From assembly GCA_040255465.1 (NCBI GenBank), contig JBDZVA010000001.1:130021-194020 (forward strand): a stretch of 64,000 nucleotides of DNA, read 5' to 3'. The translations under genes were made by a program, and so were the position numbers. The stretch's first letter is position 1, and every line of letters begins with the position of its first letter. The DNA comes from Planctomycetaceae bacterium. Lineage in GTDB: Bacteria > Planctomycetota > Phycisphaerae > Phycisphaerales > UBA5793. Of this stretch, positions 18,751 through 28,651 are shown piece after piece. The notes beneath the pieces are model-generated. The model saw nothing but the letters and a program-made list of their open reading frames with translations. It was not told where the DNA came from and searched no databases.

Positions 18751-20127
18751 ATGGGTGAAACGCTGGCAATCGTCTTTGTGGTGCTCTTTCTTCTGGCGTC
18801 AGCCGTCGCGGCGTGGTTGGCGGTCGGCAAGTCGCGGCTGGCGCTGAACGCAGCGCGAGTCAATGAAGAGTTGCGCCAGGGGCAGGTGACTCTGGGCCGC
18901 CTCGAGGAGGACAAGCGCACAGTAGAACAGCGCGCGGAGCGCCTCGCGGCAGATCTGGCTCAGGCGGGCGCACGGATCGCCTCGCTCGAATCCCGCCTCG
19001 AAGCCGATGAACGATCGCACCAGCAGCGCCTGGCTGACCTGCAGGCAGCGCGCCAGCAGATGACCGACCAGTTCAAAGCCATCTCCGGCGACATCCTCAA
19101 AGACAACAACGCCCGCGCGGCCGAGCACTTCGACCAGCGGCGCAAGGCCATCGAAGAGATGGTCAAACCCATGCGCGAATCGCTCGAGCGATACGAGAAG
19201 ACGCTTACAGCCATTGAAAAGGACCGCGCTACCTCGCACACGCGCCTGCACGAGCAGATCGAGTACATGAAACAAACCGGCGAGACGCTGCGGCGCGAAA
19301 CGAGCCAACTGACCCTGGCGCTCAAGGGCTCGGAAACGCGCGGCCGCTGGGGCGAGTTCCAACTGCGGCGGATCGTCGAACTGGCCGGCATGACCGAGCA
19401 CATCGACTACGTTGAGCAGCAGTCGATGAATACTGCGGCTGGTGCGAGACAGCGGCCGGACATGATCGTCCATCTGCCCGATGACCGCTGCATCGTCGTC
19501 GATGCCAAAGCCGTTATTGACGCGTATCAGGATGTCATCGCGGCGGATTCCGAGGAGGCGCGAAACGCCGCGCTCGTGCGGCACGCCCGGCACGTACGCG
19601 AGCAAGTCGTCTCACTCGGCGCCAAGGCCTACTGGGAGCAGTTCGAGCACACCCCGGATTTCGTTGTGATGTTCCTGCCAAGCGAAGCCCACCTGGCCGA
19701 AGCGGCGAAGATCGACTTCGCACTTTTTGAAGACGCCATCACGCGCAACGTGCTCCTCGCCACGCCGATGACGCTCATGGCGCTGCTCAAGAGCGTCGCG
19801 TATGGCTGGCGGCAGGAATCGCTGGCGGAGAATGCACGCGACATCATGAATCTCGGCCTGGAAATGCACAGCCGGCTTTGCGTTCTCGCCGACCATGCGA
19901 CAAAAGTCGGCGACGGGCTCGACAAAGCGATGCGGTCGTACAACCAGTTTGTTGGTTCGCTTGAGAGCCAGGCCGTCGTGCAGGCGAAGCGCTTCGAGAC
20001 GTTGGGCGTCAAGTCTTCAAAATCTGCACCGGACGTTCCGATCATCGATACGCAGGTTCGTGAGTTTCGTCGCCTGCTGACCGATTCCAAGGCCGGTGCA
20101 GAAAACGGCAACAGCGAATCGAAGTGA
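18751..20127 (+). CDS. rmuC: DNA recombination protein RmuC
   Basis: N-terminal TM (MGETLAIVFVVLFLLASAVAAWLAV), long coiled coil, and a C-terminal PD-(D/E)xK-like region DMIVHLPDDRCIVVDAKA typical of RmuC. Confidence 0.85.
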   Translation: MGETLAIVFVVLFLLASAVAAWLAVGKSRLALNAARVNEELRQGQVTLGRLEEDKRTVEQRAERLAADLAQAGARIASLESRLEADERSHQQRLADLQAARQQMTDQFKAISGDILKDNNARAAEHFDQRRKAIEEMVKPMRESLERYEKTLTAIEKDRATSHTRLHEQIEYMKQTGETLRRETSQLTLALKGSETRGRWGEFQLRRIVELAGMTEHIDYVEQQSMNTAAGARQRPDMIVHLPDDRCIVVDAKAVIDAYQDVIAADSEEARNAALVRHARHVREQVVSLGAKAYWEQFEHTPDFVVMFLPSEAHLAEAAKIDFALFEDAITRNVLLATPMTLMALLKSVAYGWRQESLAENARDIMNLGLEMHSRLCVLADHATKVGDGLDKAMRSYNQFVGSLESQAVVQAKRFETLGVKSSKSAPDVPIIDTQVREFRRLLTDSKAGAENGNSESK

Positions 20128-20166
20128 TTCGCTGCGCCGCCTGGAGTGGAGCTGATTCGACGAAGA

Positions 20167-20628
20167 TCAGGATGCAGTGTACTGGCCGCGCGAGATCTTC
20201 TTGAACATCTTGGGATTCTTGATGAGCGTCTGGTTCACGATGGTGCGGAAGTTCTCGGCGTTGGTCTTGTAGCCTGACTTCTGCACGGCGTTGGACACTT
20301 CCGTAACGCCCATGGTCTTGTTCTTGAGCACCTTTTTGAGCGCTTCGGTGAGCGTCATCGAATTTTCCGAACGGGTGACCGCGCCGCGGTTGGCCTTACG
20401 CGGCTTGCGGCCGCGCTTCGCGCTGCGCTTGGTGGCGCGTCCGGGCGGACGGCCGGGGCCGCGCTTCGTAACCGTTCCGCCGAAAGCGTCGAGTTCTGCG
20501 TCGATGTCGGCAAGTTCGCCGGCGAGTTTCTCACGACGCGCCATCAGGGCGCCCATCTGATTCTGTCGACGATCGAGTTCCTTGCGGAGATCAACGGTGG
20601 AAATTCTGCTGAGCTTTGCTTTAGCCAT
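20167..20628 (-). CDS. coiled-coil / AT-hook / winged-helix (HARE-HTH-like) DNA-binding protein
   Basis: N-terminal coiled coil. Basic segment KRGPGRPPGRATKRSAKRGRKPRK with GRP cores. C-terminal LTEALKKVL..MGVTEVSNAV..FKKISRGQYTAS resembles HARE-HTH. Confidence 0.7.
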   Translation of the reverse strand: MAKAKLSRISTVDLRKELDRRQNQMGALMARREKLAGELADIDAELDAFGGTVTKRGPGRPPGRATKRSAKRGRKPRKANRGAVTRSENSMTLTEALKKVLKNKTMGVTEVSNAVQKSGYKTNAENFRTIVNQTLIKNPKMFKKISRGQYTAS

Positions 20629-20918
20629 GGTTTACTTTCAGGGTTACCAGTAAGTGTTGCACTGCCGCTCGTAGCGGGACGACTCATCGACGCGCAGCGA
20701 TGCAATGAGAGAAACCGAACTGTCAGAAATGCGAGTTCGGGTGCAATGTTAGTGAATTATTTTTGTCCGGTCCACCACGGCGTTTACATTACACACGTGT
20801 GCGCGATGCGCGGCATCACAGCGCGGCACCGCGATGAACCGAACGAGTCACGAACAACACTATCACGACGCTTGTTCACTTCGCGATGCGGAACAAATCG
20901 GTCAGTATCCAGCGCGCT

Positions 20919-21899
20919 CTATCGTTCCGCGCGAGCCAGAAACGTTTCGAATTCTTCGAGTGTGCTGAAGGTGAAAATGATCTGGCCGCTGGTTCTCGAC
21001 TTGGACTGGCGGATTCTTGCCGGCAGTCGGAGCGATTTTGAAAGTCGCTCTTCAAGATCAGTGATGTGCTGCGCTTTGCGCGACTGCTGTGCCGCAGGCG
21101 GACGGCCCGACTGTGCGTTGGCGAAGGACTCGACCTCGCGCTCAAGGCGGCGCACCGTCCAATTGTGTCGCAACGTCGACTTGGCAAGAGTGCGGCGGAT
21201 GCGCGAGTCGGCGATCGCCAGCAGCGCCTTGGCATGGCCCTGGCTGAGACGCCCCGAGCGGACGTCGGCCTTGGTGTCATCATCTAAGTTATTGAGACGT
21301 ATGGTGTTAGCGACGCTTGAGCGATCAAGGCCCACCCGTTCGGCGATCTGGGACTGAGTCAGGCCGAACTGAGTGATGAGTGATTGGAACGATTCAGCCC
21401 GCTCGATGGGGTCGAGATCTTCGCGCTGGAGATTTTCGACGACGGCCCATTCGGCCGCCTGTGAGTCGTCGATGTCGCGGACAAGCGCTGGAAGTACTTG
21501 TATACCAGCGAGTTGCGCTGCTCGCCACCGCCGTTCGCCCGCGATGAGTTCATAGCCGCTGCCCCCCTTTCGTGCCCGGACGAGGATCGGCTGCATCACA
21601 CCCGACTGGCGGATGGATGCCGCGAGTGCTTCGAGTCGGGCCGGGTCGATCTGCTTGCGAGGCTGGAAGCGATTGGGCTGAATCTCCGCGGCAGGGATGT
21701 TGCGGAGATCCTGTGGGGCCCGGGCAACCGGTGCCGTGGAGCCGCTTTCAGCCGCTGGGGCCTCTCTTGAAGGCATTGGATGAGGGGCTGTTGGCTGCTC
21801 GCCAGGCTCCGCGGCGACCGCAACGGGCTGGCTCATGAGGCTCGCAAGCCCCCTGCCGAGACGCTTGCGGGTTCGCCCGCCGGTGTTTGCTTCGACCAT
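20919..21899 (-). CDS. parB: chromosome partitioning protein ParB
   Basis: RLGRGLASLM N-terminal box, GERRWRAAQLAG box II, HTH region. Start placed at MVEANTGG, because the ORF-track start 21977 would abut parS. Confidence 0.9.
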   Translation of the reverse strand: MVEANTGGRTRKRLGRGLASLMSQPVAVAAEPGEQPTAPHPMPSREAPAAESGSTAPVARAPQDLRNIPAAEIQPNRFQPRKQIDPARLEALAASIRQSGVMQPILVRARKGGSGYELIAGERRWRAAQLAGIQVLPALVRDIDDSQAAEWAVVENLQREDLDPIERAESFQSLITQFGLTQSQIAERVGLDRSSVANTIRLNNLDDDTKADVRSGRLSQGHAKALLAIADSRIRRTLAKSTLRHNWTVRRLEREVESFANAQSGRPPAAQQSRKAQHITDLEERLSKSLRLPARIRQSKSRTSGQIIFTFSTLEEFETFLARAER

Positions 21900-21979
21900 C
21901 CCTGGTCCTTTCGAAGTGAGTTCGAGTGAACTGGTAACCAGCTGGCCGAATGTAGCGCGTCCAGACGAGACAGGCAAGA

Positions 21980-21995
21980 TGTTCCACGTGGAACA
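21980..21995. promoter_or_regulatory. parS site
   Basis: Perfect 16-bp palindrome TGTTCCACGTGGAACA, matching the TGTTNCACGTGAAACA consensus class. Confidence 0.85.
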
Positions 21996-22018
21996 CCATC
22001 GAGATCGCCGTGTTCGAG

Positions 22019-22034
22019 TGTTCCACGTGGAACA
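22019..22034. promoter_or_regulatory. parS site (second copy)
   Basis: Identical TGTTCCACGTGGAACA, 23 nt after the first copy. Confidence 0.85.
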
Positions 22035-22132
22035 CTCAGCCGGAACGCGAACAAATCATCCCAACTTAAGCCCATCGGCTCAAACGCCGATTTCAGCTTG
22101 GAACGCAATCCCAGACTCGATCCGGTACCCCC

Positions 22133-22951
22133 ATGCCACACGACGCCAAACTTGACAACGACCGCGACGTGCTGCTCGGCCGGATTCGCGAGATGGAGTT
22201 ACAGATCCAGGGCCTCGAGGCTGACCTCGACCGCACCAGCCGACTGGCGACGCTGGGCATCCTGGCCGGGATGATCGCCCACGAGTTCAACAACCTCCTG
22301 ACGCCAGTCATGAGCTATTCCCAACTCGCGATCGCCTCGCCGGACGATCGCGAGCTCGTGTCCAAGGCCCTGACTCGCACAGTCGAAGGCGCGGAGCAGC
22401 TGTCGCGTATTGCCAGTGCGATCCTGGGGTTTCTGCGCGATGACGATCAACTGGCAGATGCGGACGTCAACCGGGTCGTCGATCTGACGCTCGAGTGCAT
22501 GGCCAAGGATCCGCAGAAAGCAGGGGTGCAGCTCGTTCGTCGCATTCCCAGCGGCCTGCGCGCGGGTATTCGACCCATCTGCCTGCAACAGGTCCTGCTC
22601 AATCTCTTCCTCAACGCCATCGACGCCATGCGCGGCAGCGGGGGAGAACTGCGAATCTCCTCGGAAATCGAGGCGCGAGGCGAGGTGCGCCTTACGGTTG
22701 CGGACACGGGATGCGGGATGTCACGTGAGATGGTCGCCCAGGCCTTCTCGCCCCTCAAGAGTCGGCCGCGCGGCGAGCACGAGACGAGCCGGTCGCCGCG
22801 GCGCGGCCACGGCCTCGGCCTCGCCATCTGCAAGCGACTCGTCGAAGAGGCGGGTGGGGGGATCGACCTGCAAAGCTCGCCCGGCCAGGGAACGACCTTC
22901 CACGTGCGGCTCCCGGCCCCGAAGCAGTCGCAGTCGCGCCGCTCGGCGTAA
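22133..22951 (+). CDS. cytoplasmic histidine kinase (HisKA + HATPase_c), no sensor domain
   Basis: H-box GMIAHEFNNLLTPV, N-box LLNLFLNAIDA, G-boxes DTGCGM / GHGLGLAICKRLV. No TM segment. Confidence 0.85.
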   Translation: MPHDAKLDNDRDVLLGRIREMELQIQGLEADLDRTSRLATLGILAGMIAHEFNNLLTPVMSYSQLAIASPDDRELVSKALTRTVEGAEQLSRIASAILGFLRDDDQLADADVNRVVDLTLECMAKDPQKAGVQLVRRIPSGLRAGIRPICLQQVLLNLFLNAIDAMRGSGGELRISSEIEARGEVRLTVADTGCGMSREMVAQAFSPLKSRPRGEHETSRSPRRGHGLGLAICKRLVEEAGGGIDLQSSPGQGTTFHVRLPAPKQSQSRRSA

Positions 22952-23226
22952 CCGCCCATCACGTCCTATAACATCATCAACGGAACTACGGCATCTTCGG
23001 ACCGCCCAGGCGATGCGCTTCCGAGTCGTCCGGTCGCACAACGTCAGTCAACCAAGAACTCTCTGAGACTCTCAAGGAGAATCAGGTTTTCCTGTGCGAT
23101 GGCGAGCTTTCCTGCCAACCCTCTCAATATCCTACATCTTGTCGGACATGCGGATGACGATTCCGCGCTTCATGCCATCACACACATTGGCGCCGGGGAT
23201 CCGGCTGTCCAGGGAGGGAGATTCAC

Positions 23227-24477
23227 GTGCATCATCAACATTCGATCGTCTGGGCGGAGGTTCTGGGAGTTCTCTTCGCCACTCAATGTGTTGCGTGTGC
23301 CGGACCGCCGGATGAACTGGTCGTCAGTGGCTTCACCTCAGACAGTCTGGTGGGGTTTGATGCATGGACGGGGGAATTGCGCGGCCAATACGCCGGATCA
23401 ACTGACTTGAACGGGACGCTCGGCGTCGTGCTCGGACCCGATGGGCTTCTCTACGTCGCCAGTGAAGATTCCAACATGGTGCTGCGATTTGATCCCGCGA
23501 TGCGCACTTTCGTCGATCGATTTGTGTGGGACGATCCCGCAACGCCGCAACTCGACGAGACTGGCGGACTGCTCGGCCCGGCGTCCGTGCTCTTTGGCGC
23601 TGACGGTAATCTATACGTCAGCAGTTTCGACGGCGATGCCGTGTTGCGCTACGACGGTCAGACAGGCGCATTCATCGATGTGTTCGTGACGCAAGGCAGC
23701 GGGGGACTCAATGGTCCTGATGCCGGCATGGCCTGGGGACCGGATGGCAACCTTTACATTCCTGCATACTACTCGAATGCAATCTACCGCTATGACGGCA
23801 CAACCGGCGCTTCGCTCGGCGCGCTGGTCTCTCCCTTGCAGAATGGCCTGCGACGGCCGCGACATCTCATCTTTCGCGATGGATTGGTGTACGTCTCGTG
23901 TGAAGCGACGCACAAAGTCATGCGATTCGATGCGACAAGCGGCGTCTACATCGACGACTTTGTCACCCCAGGAAGTGGCGGGCTTGTGGAACCGACCGGC
24001 ATCGGATTCGGTCCCGATGGCCACTTCTATGTCGGCAGCGTGGTCGACAACAAGGTGCGAAGATACGAGGGAGCAACTGGAGCATTCCTTGATGAGTTTG
24101 CCCTTGGCGGAAACGCCGGGCTGCAGGCAGTGACGTTTATCTACTTCCTGCCCAACAACACCTTTCGCCTCGGACCGCCTCGACCCGGACTCGCCGGACA
24201 GTCGAATGAACTGATCGCAACCAGCGCGCCGTTGGTCGAGCGCGTCGTGTTCGTCTACGGATGGCGCAGCGGGTCAACGGAGGCGCCGGGCTGTCCGGGC
24301 GTCTTGTTCGACATGGCCAGGCCGACGCTTGTCGGCACCGCCGAATCAGATGCACACGGCGTCGTGCGTCTCGTGCGTTCGGTTCCCGGGGCAGCGCGCG
24401 GTCGGCGCGTGTTGCTTCAGGCGTGGGCGCGGCGGTCATGCCTGATGAGCGAGGTGTTGCCGTTTACTTTTGAGTAG
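23227..24477 (+). CDS. NHL-repeat beta-propeller lipoprotein
   Basis: GTG start preceded by GGAGGGAG. Signal/lipobox ATQCVAC. 5-6 NHL-like blades (GPDGLLYVAS, GADGNLYVSS, GPDGNLYIPA, GPDGHFYVGS). Shared C-terminal module. Confidence 0.85.
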   Translation: MHHQHSIVWAEVLGVLFATQCVACAGPPDELVVSGFTSDSLVGFDAWTGELRGQYAGSTDLNGTLGVVLGPDGLLYVASEDSNMVLRFDPAMRTFVDRFVWDDPATPQLDETGGLLGPASVLFGADGNLYVSSFDGDAVLRYDGQTGAFIDVFVTQGSGGLNGPDAGMAWGPDGNLYIPAYYSNAIYRYDGTTGASLGALVSPLQNGLRRPRHLIFRDGLVYVSCEATHKVMRFDATSGVYIDDFVTPGSGGLVEPTGIGFGPDGHFYVGSVVDNKVRRYEGATGAFLDEFALGGNAGLQAVTFIYFLPNNTFRLGPPRPGLAGQSNELIATSAPLVERVVFVYGWRSGSTEAPGCPGVLFDMARPTLVGTAESDAHGVVRLVRSVPGAARGRRVLLQAWARRSCLMSEVLPFTFE

Positions 24478-25936
24478 CCTGGCCCTCGGCCGCTCGCGCC
24501 AGTCCTCTGAGCATGGCACGAAAGACGATGCCGTGCAGGGGCAGTACGCTGTACCAGTACACAAGCCCGAACAGACCGCGCGGGCGAAAACGCGCCGTAG
24601 CGATGATGGTGCTTTGGCTCCCATCATCGGATGTCGATTCGACGTCCAGGCCCAACGTGGCGGTGCCGGGCAGTTTCATCTCCGCGGTAAGGGTAAGTTG
24701 GTGCGGCGGGTCGATGGAGGTTACCCGCCAAAAGTCGAGTGCATCGCCAAGTCGGAGGGCATGGGGATCGCGGCGGCCACGGCGAAGTCCTGGGCCGCCA
24801 ACGATCCGATCAAGGGCCCCGCGCAGAACCCAGAGCCAGTCAGCGCCGAAGTAACCACGCTCGCCGCCAATTGAGCAGATCGCTCTCCACGCCGCATCGC
24901 CATCTGCGTGCACGACAACCTCGCGTCGATCAATGAACTCCGTTCCGCCGGCCCACGACGGGTCGCCGGGCATGACGCCGGCATCCGACCACGCCGTCTC
25001 AATCTGGGCGGCGTGCATGTTGGCGATCGCAGCGTCCATTGCTTCGCGAATGGTCAGACACTGATGGGGCATCAGTTCAGCAGCCCGGTCATCGCGACAC
25101 ACCACCCGGTTGCGCAGTCCCTCGGCAAGCGGACGCGCGATTGAGGCGTTCAGGGGCGTCACGAGGTGGATCCACAACGAACTGAGTCGAGGCGTGAGCA
25201 CAGGCACCGGAATCACCACGCGCCGGCGAAGGTGGAGGGCCGAAGCCATCTCGCGCATGATATCCGAATAACTGCGCACGTCCGGGCCGCCCACGTCGAT
25301 CGTTTTGCCGATGGTCTCCGGCGTTTCGAGCGCGGTAATGAGGTAGTAGAGCACGTCGCTCACCGCGATGGGTTGTGATTCCGTGCGCACCCAGCGCGGT
25401 GTGATCATGATGGGCAGGCGCTCGACGAGGTAGCGCAGGATCTCGAACGAAGCCGAGCCGGAGCCGATGATCATGGCGGCTCGCAGCACCGTGACCGATA
25501 CGCCGTGGCGACCTAACGCCAGCTCAACTTCGCGGCGCGAGGAGAGATGCTCGCTGAGCCCTTCGCCTGTTTCGCCCAGTCCCCCGAGGTAGATGATCCG
25601 CGGCAGCTGTGCCTCGCCGGCGGCGCGACCAAACGTTTCCGCGAGAGCCAGATCACGCGAGCGATACTCCGCGCCCGCCGCATCCATCGAGTGCACGAGG
25701 TAGTATGCCGCCGCGCAACCCTGCATCGCGCGCTGGAGGCAGGCTTCGTCGCCGGCGTCGCCTTCAATAACCTCGACACGTTCACTGGGCGCCCACGGTC
25801 GTGCGAGCAGCTTGCCGGCGCTGCGCGTGAGGCAGCGAAGGCGATAGCCGCGCTCGAGCAGTCGAGGGGCGAGTCGTCCTCCGATGTATCCAGTGGCGCC
25901 TGTAAGAAAGAGGGTGGCCGAAGCCGGCGTGTGCAT
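24464..25936 (-). CDS. NAD(P)-binding SDR/NmrA-like protein with C-terminal DUF2867-like domain
   Basis: Rossmann motif LFLTGATGYIGGRL at the N-terminus. Its 3' end overlaps the convergent NHL gene by 14 nt. Confidence 0.75.
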   Translation of the reverse strand: MHTPASATLFLTGATGYIGGRLAPRLLERGYRLRCLTRSAGKLLARPWAPSERVEVIEGDAGDEACLQRAMQGCAAAYYLVHSMDAAGAEYRSRDLALAETFGRAAGEAQLPRIIYLGGLGETGEGLSEHLSSRREVELALGRHGVSVTVLRAAMIIGSGSASFEILRYLVERLPIMITPRWVRTESQPIAVSDVLYYLITALETPETIGKTIDVGGPDVRSYSDIMREMASALHLRRRVVIPVPVLTPRLSSLWIHLVTPLNASIARPLAEGLRNRVVCRDDRAAELMPHQCLTIREAMDAAIANMHAAQIETAWSDAGVMPGDPSWAGGTEFIDRREVVVHADGDAAWRAICSIGGERGYFGADWLWVLRGALDRIVGGPGLRRGRRDPHALRLGDALDFWRVTSIDPPHQLTLTAEMKLPGTATLGLDVESTSDDGSQSTIIATARFRPRGLFGLVYWYSVLPLHGIVFRAMLRGLARAAEGQATQK

Positions 25937-25997
25937 GACGGAGGATCATAGCGATGCGAGACGGCACCCCGTGTGTCATGGGGCGGAACGGCGAGCT

Positions 25998-26684
25998 TCA
26001 TCCAACGATTGGTGCGGCAATCAGCCTTGGATCCACGCCGCACTGCAGGTTGAGCCAGTGTGCCAGTGCATCAGCGCGCGGATGATCGTACCAGCGAATG
26101 ATCGGATCGAGCCGTTCAAGCCCGTCACCATCACGCCAGAGCACGACGACTGCAAAGCAGGCGTTCTGACGCGAGCCGAAGTAACGCACAGGCTCATCGA
26201 GCGCGAGTTTGAGCGGCTTGTATTCTTTTGGACCGAGTGCCTCGTCGCGCAGGCCGGGGATTTCACCACGGGCGAACTCCTGGGCTGGGAGGATGGCCGT
26301 GAGTTGGGCCAATGGCAGCATCAGCGACTCCGCGCGGCCAAACGTACGAGGCAGCGTGACTTGGTTTGTGACTCGGTCGATGACCAAGTCCTGTGAGCCG
26401 CTTTCATTGATGAGCCGCCGGCGCATCGCCAGAGCGAGTGACGCCGCCACCACGGCTGCGGAGCCGGCAATCATCCACGGGACCGGCACCTGGTTGGAGT
26501 TTGCAAACACAGACGCGAACAAATACGCCACGCCGGCGATCAATCCCAGAACGATCAACGACGCAACGAACGTCATGAAGGGGCTGGAGCTGCTCAGGCG
26601 AATGGTCGTGCGCTCCGGTCCGACAAGAACCAGCACGCGGGCGCGGCGCAGCAGATCGGCCGGATCGTGGGTGGCAGTCGTCAC
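25998..26684 (-). CDS. hypothetical 2-TM membrane protein
   Basis: Two hydrophobic helices. No known motif. Confidence 0.5.
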   Translation of the reverse strand: MTTATHDPADLLRRARVLVLVGPERTTIRLSSSSPFMTFVASLIVLGLIAGVAYLFASVFANSNQVPVPWMIAGSAAVVAASLALAMRRRLINESGSQDLVIDRVTNQVTLPRTFGRAESLMLPLAQLTAILPAQEFARGEIPGLRDEALGPKEYKPLKLALDEPVRYFGSRQNACFAVVVLWRDGDGLERLDPIIRWYDHPRADALAHWLNLQCGVDPRLIAAPIVG

Positions 26685-26831
26685 AACGGGGCTCGGGTCG
26701 TTTCACTCACCGTGCATGATAGAGTGGCGTCGCTCTTCTGTGATGGGTGTTGAAAAGCCCCCAGCCAGCAGACTGGGGGCTTTGTTCGCGAAGTCGTCTT
26801 CATGTGACGCGCTTCCGCGCGATCGTGTGGC

Positions 26832-27749
26832 TCAGCGCATGCCGCCGTTGCGAATGTAGTTGAGGAACAACTGACGGTCGGCGTTGTTGATGACGTTATC
26901 GCCGTTCCAGTCGGCGGCGGGGTTGAAGCCTTGCTGGTTGCTGTTCTTGCCCAGTTGACGCGTAAACAGGACCGCATCCTGGCGAGTGATGCGCAGATCG
27001 CCGTTGAGGTCGCCGAGATTCACGGCGCCGAGTTCCCAGCCCGCCCTGACGCTGCGGTTGTTGGCGCGGTCGTGGAGGTAGACCGTCACGCCGAGTTCTT
27101 CCGGATTGTGGATCCATCGGTTCGCGGAGAGGTCGTAGTCCTTGATGAGCGTGTACTGCTCGCCCGCCTGCATCGTGGGAAGCGGTTCGTAAAACACCTG
27201 CTGCACGTGGTTGTTGTAGTGGGTCAGGCCATTGCTGCAGAAGACGTACCAGTTGGACTCATGGATGTTGACGCGCAATTCGTAGTTGCTGAGATTCTGA
27301 TCAGCCTGGATCTTGACGCCGACACGGACCACGCGATTGGGCTGCAGACTCCACCGGCCGATCACGCGGCTGTAGGGGACCTGGTTCTGACAGGCCTGCA
27401 CATAAGAGTCAATGGTCTGATCCGAAGGCGTGCCAACCGAGAAGTACGTGCCATGGAAGAGGAAAGAGGGAATGGCGTTAACGCCAACTTCGCTCTGGCG
27501 GCGCGAACCATCGGAGTTGGTGTAGTTGTCGGCAATGCTCCATGTGAGCAATGAGACGGCGTCGCCCCAGCGCCCCTGCATCCGCTCCATGGCGTAGAAG
27601 CCCCCGACACACGGGCCGCACCACTCGGCGGTGAACTCCTCAACGACAACCGTCTGTCGCGTCACGCCGTCGGCGGCGGCGAGGCTGATGGAGGCAAACG
27701 TGAACGTCGCCAGCGATCCTGCGAGAATCTGAGTGAGTTTTGCAGCCAT
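26832..27749 (-). CDS. secreted thioredoxin-fold protein with C-terminal dockerin-like module
   Basis: Signal peptide. Canonical WCGPC active site. C-terminal paired Ca-binding loops DLNGDLRITRQDAVLF and DWNGDNVINNADRQLF (dockerin type I pattern). Confidence 0.8.
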   Translation of the reverse strand: MAAKLTQILAGSLATFTFASISLAAADGVTRQTVVVEEFTAEWCGPCVGGFYAMERMQGRWGDAVSLLTWSIADNYTNSDGSRRQSEVGVNAIPSFLFHGTYFSVGTPSDQTIDSYVQACQNQVPYSRVIGRWSLQPNRVVRVGVKIQADQNLSNYELRVNIHESNWYVFCSNGLTHYNNHVQQVFYEPLPTMQAGEQYTLIKDYDLSANRWIHNPEELGVTVYLHDRANNRSVRAGWELGAVNLGDLNGDLRITRQDAVLFTRQLGKNSNQQGFNPAADWNGDNVINNADRQLFLNYIRNGGMR

Positions 27750-27862
27750 GTCCCATGTCTCCTTCGACTCTTGGAAGTGTTTTTTTGCCTCAGTCTGCCC
27801 CGCTATTCATGCCGGCGCCACGAAGCCGGTCGGGGATTGACTGCATCAGAGTGGCTCGCCGA

Positions 27863-28651
27863 TCAGAGTGGATCCTGGTCCGGCGGGTTCTTGGTAAAGC
27901 GGTCAATGAACTGCGTCTTGGTCATCGAACCCACGGCTGAATCCGGCGTGAGGACGTTGAGCGATTCGCCGCTGTGAATGAACGGCACCCACCAGCCGGA
28001 GAGTTGAGGCTCCGAGTTGAGATTCGAAGTGTCCGAGCCGTCCACGTACGCCAGGCCCCAGGTCATGTCCGAGGCGAGGAAGTGCCTGTTCTGCTGGACA
28101 TCGCGGCGGCGATCCTGGCTGGCCCAGTTCGCCAGACCATAGTCGATCGGGTAGTTGCACTTGCGCTTCGTGTCGTCGCCGCGCTCGATCTTGTTGCTCG
28201 GGCAGCGGAAGAAGGTCGTGATCTTGGCAGAGGGATCGCGGTTCGGCGCATCGCGGTCGTCAAACTGCTTCGCCAGGCCCTGGTAGTCAAAAGGATTCTT
28301 GACGTCGATGCCGAGATACGGCACAACCATCGAGGCGTAGCCCGACTGCCACCAGGTTGGGCACAGGTCTGACGGCCATGGCGTCTCCCATTCAAGAGGA
28401 TCGGCGGCATTGCCAGGGTCGACCAACGGAAGCGCGCGCGGATACAGGTCGTTGTAGTCGTTGGCGTACAACTCCATTGCCGTGCCGACCTGCTTGAGGT
28501 TGCTGGTGCAGGTCGAGTTGCGGCTGGCTTCCCGAGCTCTCGCTAAAGCAGGCAACAACAGACCAAGCAGCAGCGCGATGATTGAAATCACGACCAGCAA
28601 CTCAACGATCGTGAAAGCCCGTGCGGTTCGCGAATGAACGGATGTTTTCAT
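27863..28651 (-). CDS. prepilin-type N-terminal cleavage/methylation domain protein (DUF1559-like)
   Basis: [34 protein letters not shown]. Start at [10 protein letters not shown] (cat 28649-28651) inside ORF 27863..28741. Confidence 0.85.
   Translation of the reverse strand: MKTSVHSRTARAFTIVELLVVISIIALLLGLLLPALARAREASRNSTCTSNLKQVGTAMELYANDYNDLYPRALPLVDPGNAADPLEWETPWPSDLCPTWWQSGYASMVVPYLGIDVKNPFDYQGLAKQFDDRDAPNRDPSAKITTFFRCPSNKIERGDDTKRKCNYPIDYGLANWASQDRRRDVQQNRHFLASDMTWGLAYVDGSDTSNLNSEPQLSGWWVPFIHSGESLNVLTPDSAVGSMTKTQFIDRFTKNPPDQDPL

Noticed and set aside
24464-24477. 14-nt overlap of convergent 3' ends (NHL gene and SDR gene)
   Set aside because: The overlap is real in the sequence but common in compact high-GC genomes. 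There is no evidence of a functional consequence.
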